Assembly: GCA_002104905.1 (NCBI GenBank)
Contig: MCFE01000325.1
Location: forward strand, 1 to 64,000
Direction: 5' to 3'
From: Basidiobolus meristosporus CBS 931.73
Lineage: Eukaryota > Fungi > Basidiobolomycota
Length of the DNA stretch: 64,000 bases
Of this stretch, positions 10,271 through 24,086 are shown in pieces; the first letter of the stretch is position 1, and every line of letters begins with the position of its first letter. Under the pieces are notes generated by a model that was not told where the DNA came from, did not search any database, and was given only the letters and a program-made list of their open reading frames with translations. Made by a program: the position numbers and the translations under genes.

Positions 10271-11501
10271 GATGAGATAGTTATTGTTAATGAGGAATAC
10301 TAATGAAATCATTCGATATTTATATTTGCTTACACAACCCTGCTCATGTCAAGGTAAATCTTGCCTCTTTTGGAAATCGCTTAGAATACATAGTATTCGA
10401 TCAAACCTAGTGATTACTTATTTCTTAAAAGTACGATCGATGATTATGATTAATCGAATATCGAACCTAATATAGTCTTATTGCAAGTGTAAATTAAGCA
10501 AGGAGGATTCATGGGATAAAGTGGTATAGAACTTGGATAGAGCTTAAAGCCATATTCTCTTTCAGGAAATACCACCTATTCTTTGGATCGTTGCTACTTC
10601 GGAAGGACCGCTACCTAGTCAGCTCGGTTCAATTGTCGTATTGTGGTCTTTAATAGTCAATATTACATCCCGAAGCTGCCCAATATCTAGATCGAAAGAG
10701 CACATAAGCTAGACATCATTGTTTTCCATTGTTATTAGAACCTCCACATGGTGAACAGTACCTTCAGTATGGAAAGAATGTCAAGAGGGAAATACCTAGA
10801 ATCCAAATGTAAATACGAGATAGAAACCTCGAATCAGAAATGGAGATATTGTAGGGGAGAGTATTCCTGGAGTGGGAGCACCATTTGGAAGCCAACATGG
10901 CCATGTCCTCGGAGGTTTGTAGCAACATTTGTGGATAGGGATGTTTACCAGGAAAATAATGCCCTAAGTTAACTGCTGATCATATGTCTATATAAGGTGG
11001 TTGCTTTGGGTTTTTGCGCACCGACATTTACATATTTAGCCCCTTGCTACAGAGTTTAAAGAATCGAAATATACATTAGAAACAAAGTCCAATCATCACT
11101 AAATTCATTTTCAGCGAGGTGTACTTTCACAAAAAACGGTTTTGGAACCATTATGTGCAAAATATTGACTCATACTACGCGAAGAGTGCACACAGGATTG
11201 GCACATCTCACGCGTAGTCAGTTATTTCATTGCCATAAGCAATGGCGGCTGATCAATGTATAAACGCTTATCAAATCAATCCAAAAATAATATTATGGGA
11301 TGTTGACGCAGACTAGATGAGAATATTTACAAATGTATATTTTTTGGTAAATGGCTATAAAAGCAACTCCGATTTATTTTGATCAACTCATTTACGCTGA
11401 TAGTCAAAATACAACCAACAATAGATGGAGATTATTGATAGTAGCGGACATTAGTAGATACAATTACCGTTGAGCCACTAGTAGATGTGGACAAAGCAAA
11501 C

Positions 11502-14218
11502 TCAATGATATAAAGACAGAAATACTTCTTCCAAGGTAGACGTCGACAAAGCAAACTCAACAACACCATAGTTCTCATTCTTACATAACCCCTCCAATGC
11601 TTCAAAGAAATCGGGATAGGCCTCTTGATTATCGGGGAGTAAATAAGTAATATTATGGGCCGAGTTCTCCAGTACTTCCGCTGTTGCAATGAAGGACTGA
11701 ATAAACTGCGTAAGCCCGTCCTGATCAAACAGTCCATTTTTTATTAGACTGAGACGGTACCCCGTACCAAATCGATCCTTCAAGAAGAGAGGGCTTCCAA
11801 GGGCTTTAAGCTTGCCTTTTGACATGATAGCTACCCGATCACCTAGTATATCTGCCTCCTCCATACTGTGTGTTGTTAGTATGATAACTTTGTTTTCTTT
11901 GCTATCCTGGATTAGCTGCCAGATGGTGTTTCTCGAGTAAACATCCATACCAGAGGTTGGTTCATCCAGAACAACAATGGAAGGGTTTCCCAAAAGCGCA
12001 ATGGCTAGACTGAGTTTCCGCTTCATCCCAACACTGTAAGACCCAGCTTTTTCGATGCATTTTGACGCCAGCGAGACATCTTCCATCAATGCAAAGATAT
12101 ACTCCTTTTGTAGAGCATCCGGATCACCTGAGACTACAGTCCCATCTGCCTCGATCTTGCCAAGAACGCGGAGCCCACGCACAGCAGCAAACAGCTCTAA
12201 ATGCTCAACCGCTGAGAAAACATCAAGTAGTACATCGGATTGTCGGCAGACTCCAAGAAGCTTTTGAACCTCAAACGTGATGCCGATGTTAGGGCTTTGG
12301 TTTTTACGTGTAGGCAACGTTTGGCCAAAAATTGAGATGGATCCATCATCGGGGAGCATCAGGCATGATAGCATAGATATGACAGTTGTTTTCCCGGCAC
12401 CGTTGGAGCCCAAAAGCGCCAGTACCTGACCCCGATTCAGATCAATGTCCAGGCTATCGACAGCATGGATTTTCTGTCCGCTTCCTACAGCATAGGTCTT
12501 CTGTAGGTCCGAGATCAAGATGGCCCCACGATCCTGTGGAGCAATGGAACTAACATCCTGTGATTCGAACATGTGCCTGTCCTCTTCCCTAACCTTTCTA
12601 GTAGCCCATAACTCACTACCATTAACGGCGCTGACGGTATCACTAAACCTCACACGTTTCCAGTAGCTGGGGTTAAACAAGAAATTCCAAGGCAGCGCAA
12701 TCCCTTCCTTACCAGGTTTCAGGTGATCCGCATACCAGGCCACGAATAAGTACAAGAAGGAATCCACCACAAGCATCAGCATGGCGACATACAATGGAGT
12801 CCCATGCTTGGGATGGTTCATCTCATTAGTGGTATCATATCTGATCAACGCAACTACCTGACCAATAGCGATCGGCGGAAACAGTAATGCCAATCTCGAG
12901 ATAGCCCATGATAGTCTCCGAACTCCAAGAAGCTCGAACCATACAGATACTACAGCAGAAGCAAAGACGAAAACAGTGGCAGCTATGGGACCAGTGTACG
13001 TTTCATTGAAGATCAGGGATAAAATGGCCGACAGCGCAATCATCGAGAGTGCATAGAAGCATAGCGCGAATAATACCTGCCAGGCCATAACTGAGCTTAG
13101 CACTGCCCTGAAATGAAGAAGAGCAACTATTGTGGCAATAGGGAGCAGCGTGAAGATGACCAAACTCGACCAGACTGCAGCAAGATAAACGGAGTGATCA
13201 AGCCCCATCATAAGCATCGTCCCTTTGATTAAGGACTTCTTGTCCTCGTTCAATATGCTGATGTAGTGGACGAGTAACATCTGGAATGCGCCTATTACGT
13301 AGAATATAGTCAGCGTAGATATCACAAATCTGTTCATTCTGTTGGACTCCAAGGCAGTATAGGAAATGAACCATTGCCCGATTCCGCTGGTTGCTTTCTT
13401 ATCGAAGACCGTTCCTTTTGCTGGGAGTGGGGAAGAAAGCAATGCCTGACCAGCTGCTTGTCGACGGACGTTGGTGATTGCCCGCTCGATGTATGCTTGA
13501 ATAGTCAGTGACTTGGACGTAAATAAGCTCGCAATATTGTGCATTGAATAGGCTAAATGTATCTCATACGATGCAGGCTGTCAAGGGAATTGTTAGTATA
13601 TATATATATATAGTGCATGAGACTAGCGTCTTTCGCTTGGATACCCTACCTGGCTCGTGTCACAATCATTCAAGGTCATTCCCACCACCAGAGAGGATGG
13701 ATCTTGATTTCTATGGCTCACCAACTCATCAAAGCTGGAAAATTGCCGAGTGGTGACGATACTCGGCTCAGAATACTCCAAAAATCGTTGAAGATGCCGT
13801 AGCGTTTCTTGGTTGGCCCCATTACTGACGTAGCCTATATGAACACAGCTATGATGGCTCGCAGAGCAAGCACTCTCCGTTAGCGGTGATAGTGGCTTAA
13901 CATCGAGAACTTGGGAAAGATAAGAGATTATCTGACTGCATCATGGAAGGGAAATCAGAAGGAATATAACCTGCCGGGGTAAATACGTATAAAAGAAAGA
14001 ACAGTCCTATGGCCATATTCATCGGCTGATGGCAAATATTCAGTAAGATGGTGAGCAAAGCCATTGAATCTTCCTACCATTATGAAGAAATTGTACAAAG
14101 AGACTTTGTCTCGAGTGTTCCGAAGCACCTGCATCCTGAGCACCGCTTTGAACTGCTTCCATTTGGAAGGCTCACTGACTGTTTTGTAACTTGCTATTGA
14201 GCTTCTTTTTCGCTCCAT
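11502..14218 (-). CDS. Half-size ABCA-subfamily transporter resembling the N-terminal half of full-length ABCA (multi-exon)
   Basis: N-terminus WKQFKAVLRMQVLRNTRD. TMD ends in PWNFLFNPSYW. Walker A GSNGAGKTT, signature YSVGMKRKLS (degenerate), Walker B VVLDEPTSG, H-loop LTTHSMEEAD, then GSPLFLKDRFGTGY and STLEEVFL*. Intron ~13549-13650 has a GTAGGG donor and TACTAAC branch. Confidence 0.88.
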
Positions 14219-14490
14219 GATATCGCAAAGGATTGAAGTCAAGGAATATATAGCCAGATGAAAACCCTGAGAGTAGTCATGGGTTTGTACAATTTCAATT
14301 GGTCCTACTACAGACCTTCTCATTAGAAATAAGTGCTGTCACATCACAACTACAATCATGTGCACTATTTCTATATGTGGCTCTGTGGCTTAGCTCGTCC
14401 TACTGTTACTCCACATCCTAACGCTAATCAGAGGGCTCATTGGAATCATACAAATACTTATACTCCAGACCAAGTTTCCGATCAATCAAC
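14219..14490. promoter_or_regulatory. Probable bidirectional promoter (~270 bp) between the two ABCA halves
   Basis: The two inferred start codons point away from each other, 272 bp apart. Confidence 0.55.
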
Positions 14491-17213
14491 ATGACGATGT
14501 CAACCCCAAGTCCCATTCCGTTTGGCACCCAAGTGAAGATCAATCTTCTACTTAATCTGAGGCTTATCGTTCGTAGAATCTTGAGTGAGATTTCAGGTAC
14601 ATTTAATACGGACTACAACTAGGAATGCGGCACTAATTGCTCCCATGAAGTCCTTGCCACACCCGTCATATATATTGCTATTGCATTTATGATAGTAAGA
14701 TCTGTTGGTGCTAGTCAGTGGTAAGCCGTCAACATTAACGTTTTAAGGCTAATGCAGGTCAAAGCCTACCGGTCGAGTCTGTTTCATGGTAAATGCTCAC
14801 CCAGCACACCACAGTGAGCCATACTAATCGAAATAAACAGGCCGATCATCTCTCCGCACAGCAACACTCCCTTTTCCTCCAGATTCAACCCTGGAATCGT
14901 ACTAAATCCAGGAATCACCGACGAATTCTGGAACCAACAGTTGCTCCCAAACTATATCGCGGTACAAGATAACAGGACTCGAAACCCCACCTTAAAATTC
15001 AACCACTACAGCTCCATTAGTGAAATCATACAACTCGACGACCAACTCAATGCTTACAATGGCCAAGAAGTGTCGGAGTTGGGCTTCGAGTTGAACCAGA
15101 TCAAAGAAGGGCGAAACCAGCTCGACTTCGGCTACACTGTGTTCTACCGAAGCTATCAAGCTATATTCCTCCCTTGGCTTGTTTCAAATATGGAGGCAGC
15201 AATCCAGAGCACTTACAGCAAGAATCAACGGACGGCTACAATGAGTAATGTCACTTACAGAACTTTGCCAACCGCTACTTCAGAAAAGCTGGTCGATGAA
15301 ATGGGGACGATCTCTGCATTTATAGTTTACGGTATTGTTCCAAGAGCATATCAGTATTGTTGTTAGCAACTGAACCCATTCTAGCCTTGGCTACCCTCTT
15401 GATCACATACGTAACGAATGTGGTACGTGAGCGCGAGCAAGGTCAAAAGCAACTACTACTCTTGGGTGGTCTGGACGCCCGGGCCTATTTTGCCGCCGCT
15501 TTCATTAAAGACTTCATGGCCTATCTTGTAGTGATAATAGTGTTGTTGCTCTTCACACGAGTTGAATCGATATCGGCATTTTTGGAATCCAGCGCTGTAA
15601 GCTATTCGCTACTTCTGGTATTGTCTGGGCCGCCGCTCATCTTGATGGGATACGCACTTTCATACAGGTTTGAAAAAAGTAAATCCGTTGGGGTATCCAT
15701 GAGTCTTTTGATTTTCTGGATTATATGCTTTCCATATGTCCTGAGCGACCATCCAAGCCTATTCACCATCTGTAGCTTGACTTTTATCTTCCCCACCATT
15801 GCGCTGAAGTATGGCTTGAGTGTACGTATCCATAGCGCCAATCTTGTCAGTGTCTGGCAGTATTCAAAGTCTCTGACGTTGTAGGAGCTGCAAATTGCCT
15901 GGACCAGGGGCCATCCGTACTCGATACCCATGGTTTTCGACATCCGCTATCCCCTTCTTCCCATACTATTAACGTTGATCGCCAGCACAGCATTTTACGC
16001 CTTCTTGCTGGTATGTTTGGAGCAGGCAGGGAACCAACGGCTCTCTTTGATGAAGTTCATATACAAATCCATCAGGCCTAGAGCTCCCACAGACTCTACT
16101 TTGCATAATGATAGACCGGGGACGCGCGTGGACATTAATATCGATCATCCTGATGAGGAAGTGACGCAGCGACTGCTTGAAGATCCCATTACTGATGTCC
16201 TGCACATCCAAGGTTTAACCAAGACGTTCCCATTGAGCCATTCGGACCAACAAAGAGTGGTTGTAGACGACCTCTGGCTTTCCTTAAGACATAACGAATG
16301 CCTAGGCTACCTAGGACCTAACGGAGCGGGTAAGACAACCACCATCGAAATGCTGATCGGCGCATTGTCTCCCACTTTTGGGAATGCAACAATCGAGGGG
16401 TATTCGATCGTTCCGTATTCTCTCGAGTTGAAGCAGCTTTTGGGTGTTTGCCAACAGAGTGATATTTTGATCCCGGAGTTGACTGGCAGAGAGCACCTTC
16501 GTTTATACGCCAGCTTACGCTGTCCTAACAATGCCGCGGAGGCGGTGGGGACCATCATCAATGAAATGACCCTTCAAGAGGTTGCGGATCAGCGAGTAGG
16601 GACCTACAGTGGGGGGAATAAGCGTAGACTAAGCATTGCTATGGCGGCGGTTGGAAACCCGAAGGTTCTAATTTTGGATGAGCCAACCGCTGGTGTGGAC
16701 ATTTCCGCCAGAAAATCCATCTGGGAGGCTATTAGGAAGTTGAAGAAAAGCAACAGTATTATATTGACGGTAAGCAGTACCCCAGGCTTTCATGATGAAT
16801 GGGAACCAACCTTCTTTCTCCTGTAGACACACAGTATGGAGGAAGCTGATGCGCTCTGTGACCGCATAGGGATCATCGTCAAAGGCAGGCTTGCCGCTCT
16901 GGGGACTCCCCAGCGATTGAAGAATACCTACGGGAAGGGATACAAAGTGAGCCTACAGACCAACTCCCTCAGCACGGTCGAAGCAGCGGTACAGCGGATG
17001 TTCCAGCGCTTCGACAACCAAGATGAGCAAATAAGGTTGTTGCGTAGATTAGGATGTCACGTAGTGTTCGAGATATCTGGCACCACGCTCGGAAAGATAT
17101 TTAGGTTTCTTCAAGAAATCAAGTCCCCCTTGGACATCGTGAATCACACCGTGGCCCAACCCACCTTGACCCAAGTATTTGTTGAGTTTGCCAAGCAGCA
17201 AGGTGTCGAGTAA
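14491..17213 (+). CDS. Half-size ABCA-subfamily transporter resembling the C-terminal half of full-length ABCA (multi-exon)
   Basis: N-terminus FGTQVKINLLLNLRLIVR; VVREREQGQKQLLLLGG; Walker A GPNGAGKTT; signature YSGGNKRRLS; ILDEPTAGVD; THSMEEADALCDR; GTPQRLKNTYGKGY; PTLTQVFVEFAKQQ. GT-AG introns at ~15333-15381, ~15820-15884 and ~16770-16826. The first exons are approximate. Confidence 0.88.
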
Positions 17214-17405
17214 GCTTTGGTGGTACACGCGTAAATGGATGACTGCGTAGTGCACATCCCAATGCTCGAATGAGAAATGTCCATTTTTACTCAACAAATT
17301 AACAATACAAAAGGCCATGAAATCAGCTAATAGATGGATATTGATTGATATTATCTATGGGAGGAAAGGGTAGAGAAGGTATATGTATAGATTGACTTGG
17401 CAAAT

Positions 17406-20614
<3,209 letters not shown>

Positions 20615-21064
20615 ATCTTCCGAGTATCCTGGAGGGATAGAGGGGAATAGTCTACTTGTAAGCCTCGGCCTAGTGACTTTATTCGCAATTTTTTGCCTTT
20701 TGTACCTCTTTCTGACCAAGTATGGGTTTCAGTTGGGTTGATTTTAATTTGCGATAATCAATCTAAACCTGGATTTGTCTTAGTACTTTAGGAATACTGT
20801 GGCAAGCCTACATATATATGTATGTGGTTGTCAGATTGAGACATCGGTTTATAATCAAATCTTCCTGGATGCAACCAATGGACAGTCCCTGGAAACATAC
20901 CAGTGGAATATGTGGACTTCAGGGTTAGGGCTGAGCTTGCCCAAGTTGTGGATTGTGGATTGTGATTAAACAAGTGGATTTGGTTTTGCATGGCGCATTT
21001 AACATTTAGCATTTAGTCATAACTGCCCGGTCACCAGTCTTGCTTGCACTACACTTGCATTCAA

Positions 21065-23765
21065 ATGTGGATATTGGTTGGAACAGGGCCAAACGAAGGT
21101 AAAGGCCACCTCTCGAGCAGGGCTTTTCGCTAATTACTAACCCGAGGCGACGCTGCAGGTTCACAATATTGGTTGGCTCCGGGAAAGATATATACCATTG
21201 GGCGCAAAGGTCTGAGTTCGTTTTTCTTGGTGATGTCGACGCAATGACCAATGATTATTTTCGCACATTTCAGACTGTACCATCAATATTCCAAACGATC
21301 GCTCTGTTAGTAGAAAGCATGCGACCCTCTCGGTATCTGAAGGCTCCTTGAGCGCTGTGGTATGGAACAGTAGTTTAGTGTTGTGATTGAGAATCCCGCT
21401 GATCGCATGTTGGCGCTTACTAGAACGATACCAGAACCAACACCAGCGTAACCTTAACCGACGAAGGTTCGAAGTTTGGCTTATTCGTTAACCAAGAAAA
21501 AATAGACAAGCAAGTACTTCGGGAAGGCGACGAGATAAAGTTGGGGGCGATGAGTTCAACCTACAAGTAATGGAGTTTCACGGGTGATTTCGTGTATCGT
21601 GTGTAAACTAAAGACTCGCCTCTTTTCAGACTTACCTTCAAGCGCTTAGTCCTATGCTGTTCGGGTATGAGAGCTTCGATCAAAAAACATCTATCTGTTA
21701 TCGCACTGGACCTAGGTGAGTCGCGAGTAGCTCGGTACTACGGATGTGGGACTCATTATTTCTTCAGACGTGAAGTTGGTCGACCGTTGGAGCTCGGAGT
21801 GCACGCACCTTGTCATGCAAAACATCCAAGTTACCCAGAAAGTATTGTTTGCGTTGCTCAGGTGCTGTTATATCGTAAATGATAAATGGTTGGAGGCGAT
21901 ACACAACTCTAGACACGAGCTTGAGGTGAATTTCTCGTTACCAGGAGAAGAGCAGTTTCTTCCCCCGATCAAAGAAAAGATCATTGATCCCAACACCATC
22001 TCGTTTCTTCCGAACGAGAGGAGAAGGGGGCTTTTCAAGTCTAAAACATTTATCGTGTTGTCAAGTAGCCAGGTACGTCGGTTTACCTCCAGATAATCAA
22101 TACTTGGGCCAACACATCCTCCAAAGCTTCCAAAAATATCCGAGCCCGTAGAGATTGGTGAAGGGGAGACGGTTTATTACGAAGGGGGATTGAGCGACCT
22201 TGATAGTTTTGTCGCACGCTACCATGGGCCTACCTTTGTTCGGCCCCCAGAAAATGCCAACGGGATACTCGTGGATCATATTGTGAGGTAAACAACATCC
22301 ATGCTACTGATCTCATGCATGTTACTGAATGCTCGAGATAGTTTGGGATATGACTTGATATCTGAGATGGATATCGGCTTTGCCATTCTCCATGGAACCT
22401 TGGACTGCTTTACCAAGTCGAAGCCTAAAGCCACGGTTAGCGCATCCATAAAGCCGTCTATTGAGAGCATCGAGCCTCAACCCAAATCTGCCAAGACACA
22501 ATCAAGATTGGACTCGTTTCTGAAGCCTCGCACAGGTATAACTTGTTGGATATCCAGCCGCTATTGAGATTCACCTGAATGACTCCGACTATAATAGCAG
22601 TTACGCTTTCTCCACAATCACAATCACAATCGCAACCGCAACCGCAGTCGGAACTTTTCATCAAGCCTAAAGGCCCTAGCCCTAAGAGAATTTCTGCCCG
22701 GGAGCTTTCAAGCTCTATCTTAAGTCCTAGGTTTGGGGACAAAGCGCAAAACTCGTTTCAGGCTAATGATACTGCCTCACAGAGCAGACTGGTGGATATC
22801 CCAAACACGATGGAAGACTCGGTATGTCCCAATTTGCGTGGATTTTCACGATGTGGCACTGATTGTTAAGTTAGCTGGATTCCTCGATTAAGACGGAACC
22901 AGTGGTTGAAGTGTTCTCATACGGCGTAGGTGCTAGTCAAAATTCATCGCAACGAGCGCAATCAGTCTCTCCCAACACACAAGGCGTCTCACAACTTGGA
23001 AGATCCATATCGAAGCCGATAAGTGCGAGGGATTTCACCCTTTCCTTTCTCAAACCAAAGCCTCCTGTTAAGAGGCAGCGTGAGAAGGAGGAACTCAAGC
23101 AAGAGGAGTCCCAAAATGTCACTCGTCAACGATACACTATAGAAAAACACTCCCCAGACCCAGCAAGTTTTCCTTCCGAAAGAGAACAATCGGACCCACC
23201 CGTTCACCCCAGCGCTGAGAAAGACCCTGAGGTGAAGTCGGAGGTGATGGAAGTGAACAGTATACGTAATATGGCTCAGGTGGAGTTTGAAGATCTACTT
23301 GTCAAACGAAAACCACCGACCAAAAAGGCAGCCTATTCAGGACCCAATTTCAAGCGTTTCACCAAAGTACACATATTACATTGTTGCGGCATAAGGAAGG
23401 AAACTAAAACGCCTCATCACCCTTTAGGGCTATTATCCAGAAAGAGACAGAAATACTCTCCCGACTGTGGTTGAGCTCGTCCTCCACGAGCATTCTATTG
23501 GCACCGGAGCAGACGGTATTGTTGCATCAAAATCTCACCTCCCGCTTACCGAAGCTAATCTGGTTATTTGGTAGAACAATGGCTTCAGACACAAGTAAAA
23601 ACCAGTGAATCGCTGGATGATTCGGATATATTTGGGTATTTTTCTTATTACTTCTACTCATCCCCATACACAAGGATTTTCACTAAAGAATTGTTTATAT
23701 GTAAACGAAGTCTCCATGACGAAATTGGCAAGGTTAATCGGAAACGAAAAGCAGGTCGAAGATGA
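21065..23765 (+). CDS. NBS1: Nibrin (MRN/MRX complex subunit; FHA + BRCT), multi-exon; 3' end approximate
   Basis: Spliced start MWILVGTGPNEGSQYWLAPGKIYTIGRKDCTINIPNDRSVSRKHA (FHA). BRCT segment WSSECTHLVM..VTQKVLFALL. Mre11-binding-like NFKRFTK. SQ-rich low-complexity tract. Confidence 0.85.
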
Positions 23766-24086
23766 AGCTAGTTGAGGGAAGCATAATTGATAAATAAAGC
23801 ATCTAAATGAATGGCATAGAACCCGATCCAGCATCAATTCATAAGCAATAGAATAGTCATGATTGGACTGAGCCATGGTGCCTCATCTGCTGCTACTCAC
23901 CACCAACCCCCTTTCCTTTCCAACCAGCACCACGAGAAAAATTGATTCACCCATGATGTGTGGTGGATTTTTTTTCATTTGGACGAGATCCGAATTTGGT
24001 AGGGAATATAGGAAACATTGCGTGGGCCGTTTTTCTCTTCGCCTTGTTCCCAGTTGAAGTATTTTTGCTTACACTGTTGATCTGAG

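Larger units (their letters stand above)
1670..10890. repeat. Tandem segmental duplication [globin + CNT], two units (~1670-6080 and ~6530-10890), preceded by a further globin copy
   Basis: Offsets are 4875 bp between globins and 4825 bp between CNTs. Upstream blocks align, e.g. 5770 GTAAAGTGGTATGAAACTTGGATAAAGC vs 10517 ATAAAGTGGTATAGAACTTGGATAGAGC. Confidence 0.9.

Noticed and set aside
22610-22650. TCACAA/GCAACC hexamer repeats
   Set aside because: They encode a low-complexity SQSQSQPQPQ linker in NBS1, typical of ATM/ATR substrate regions.
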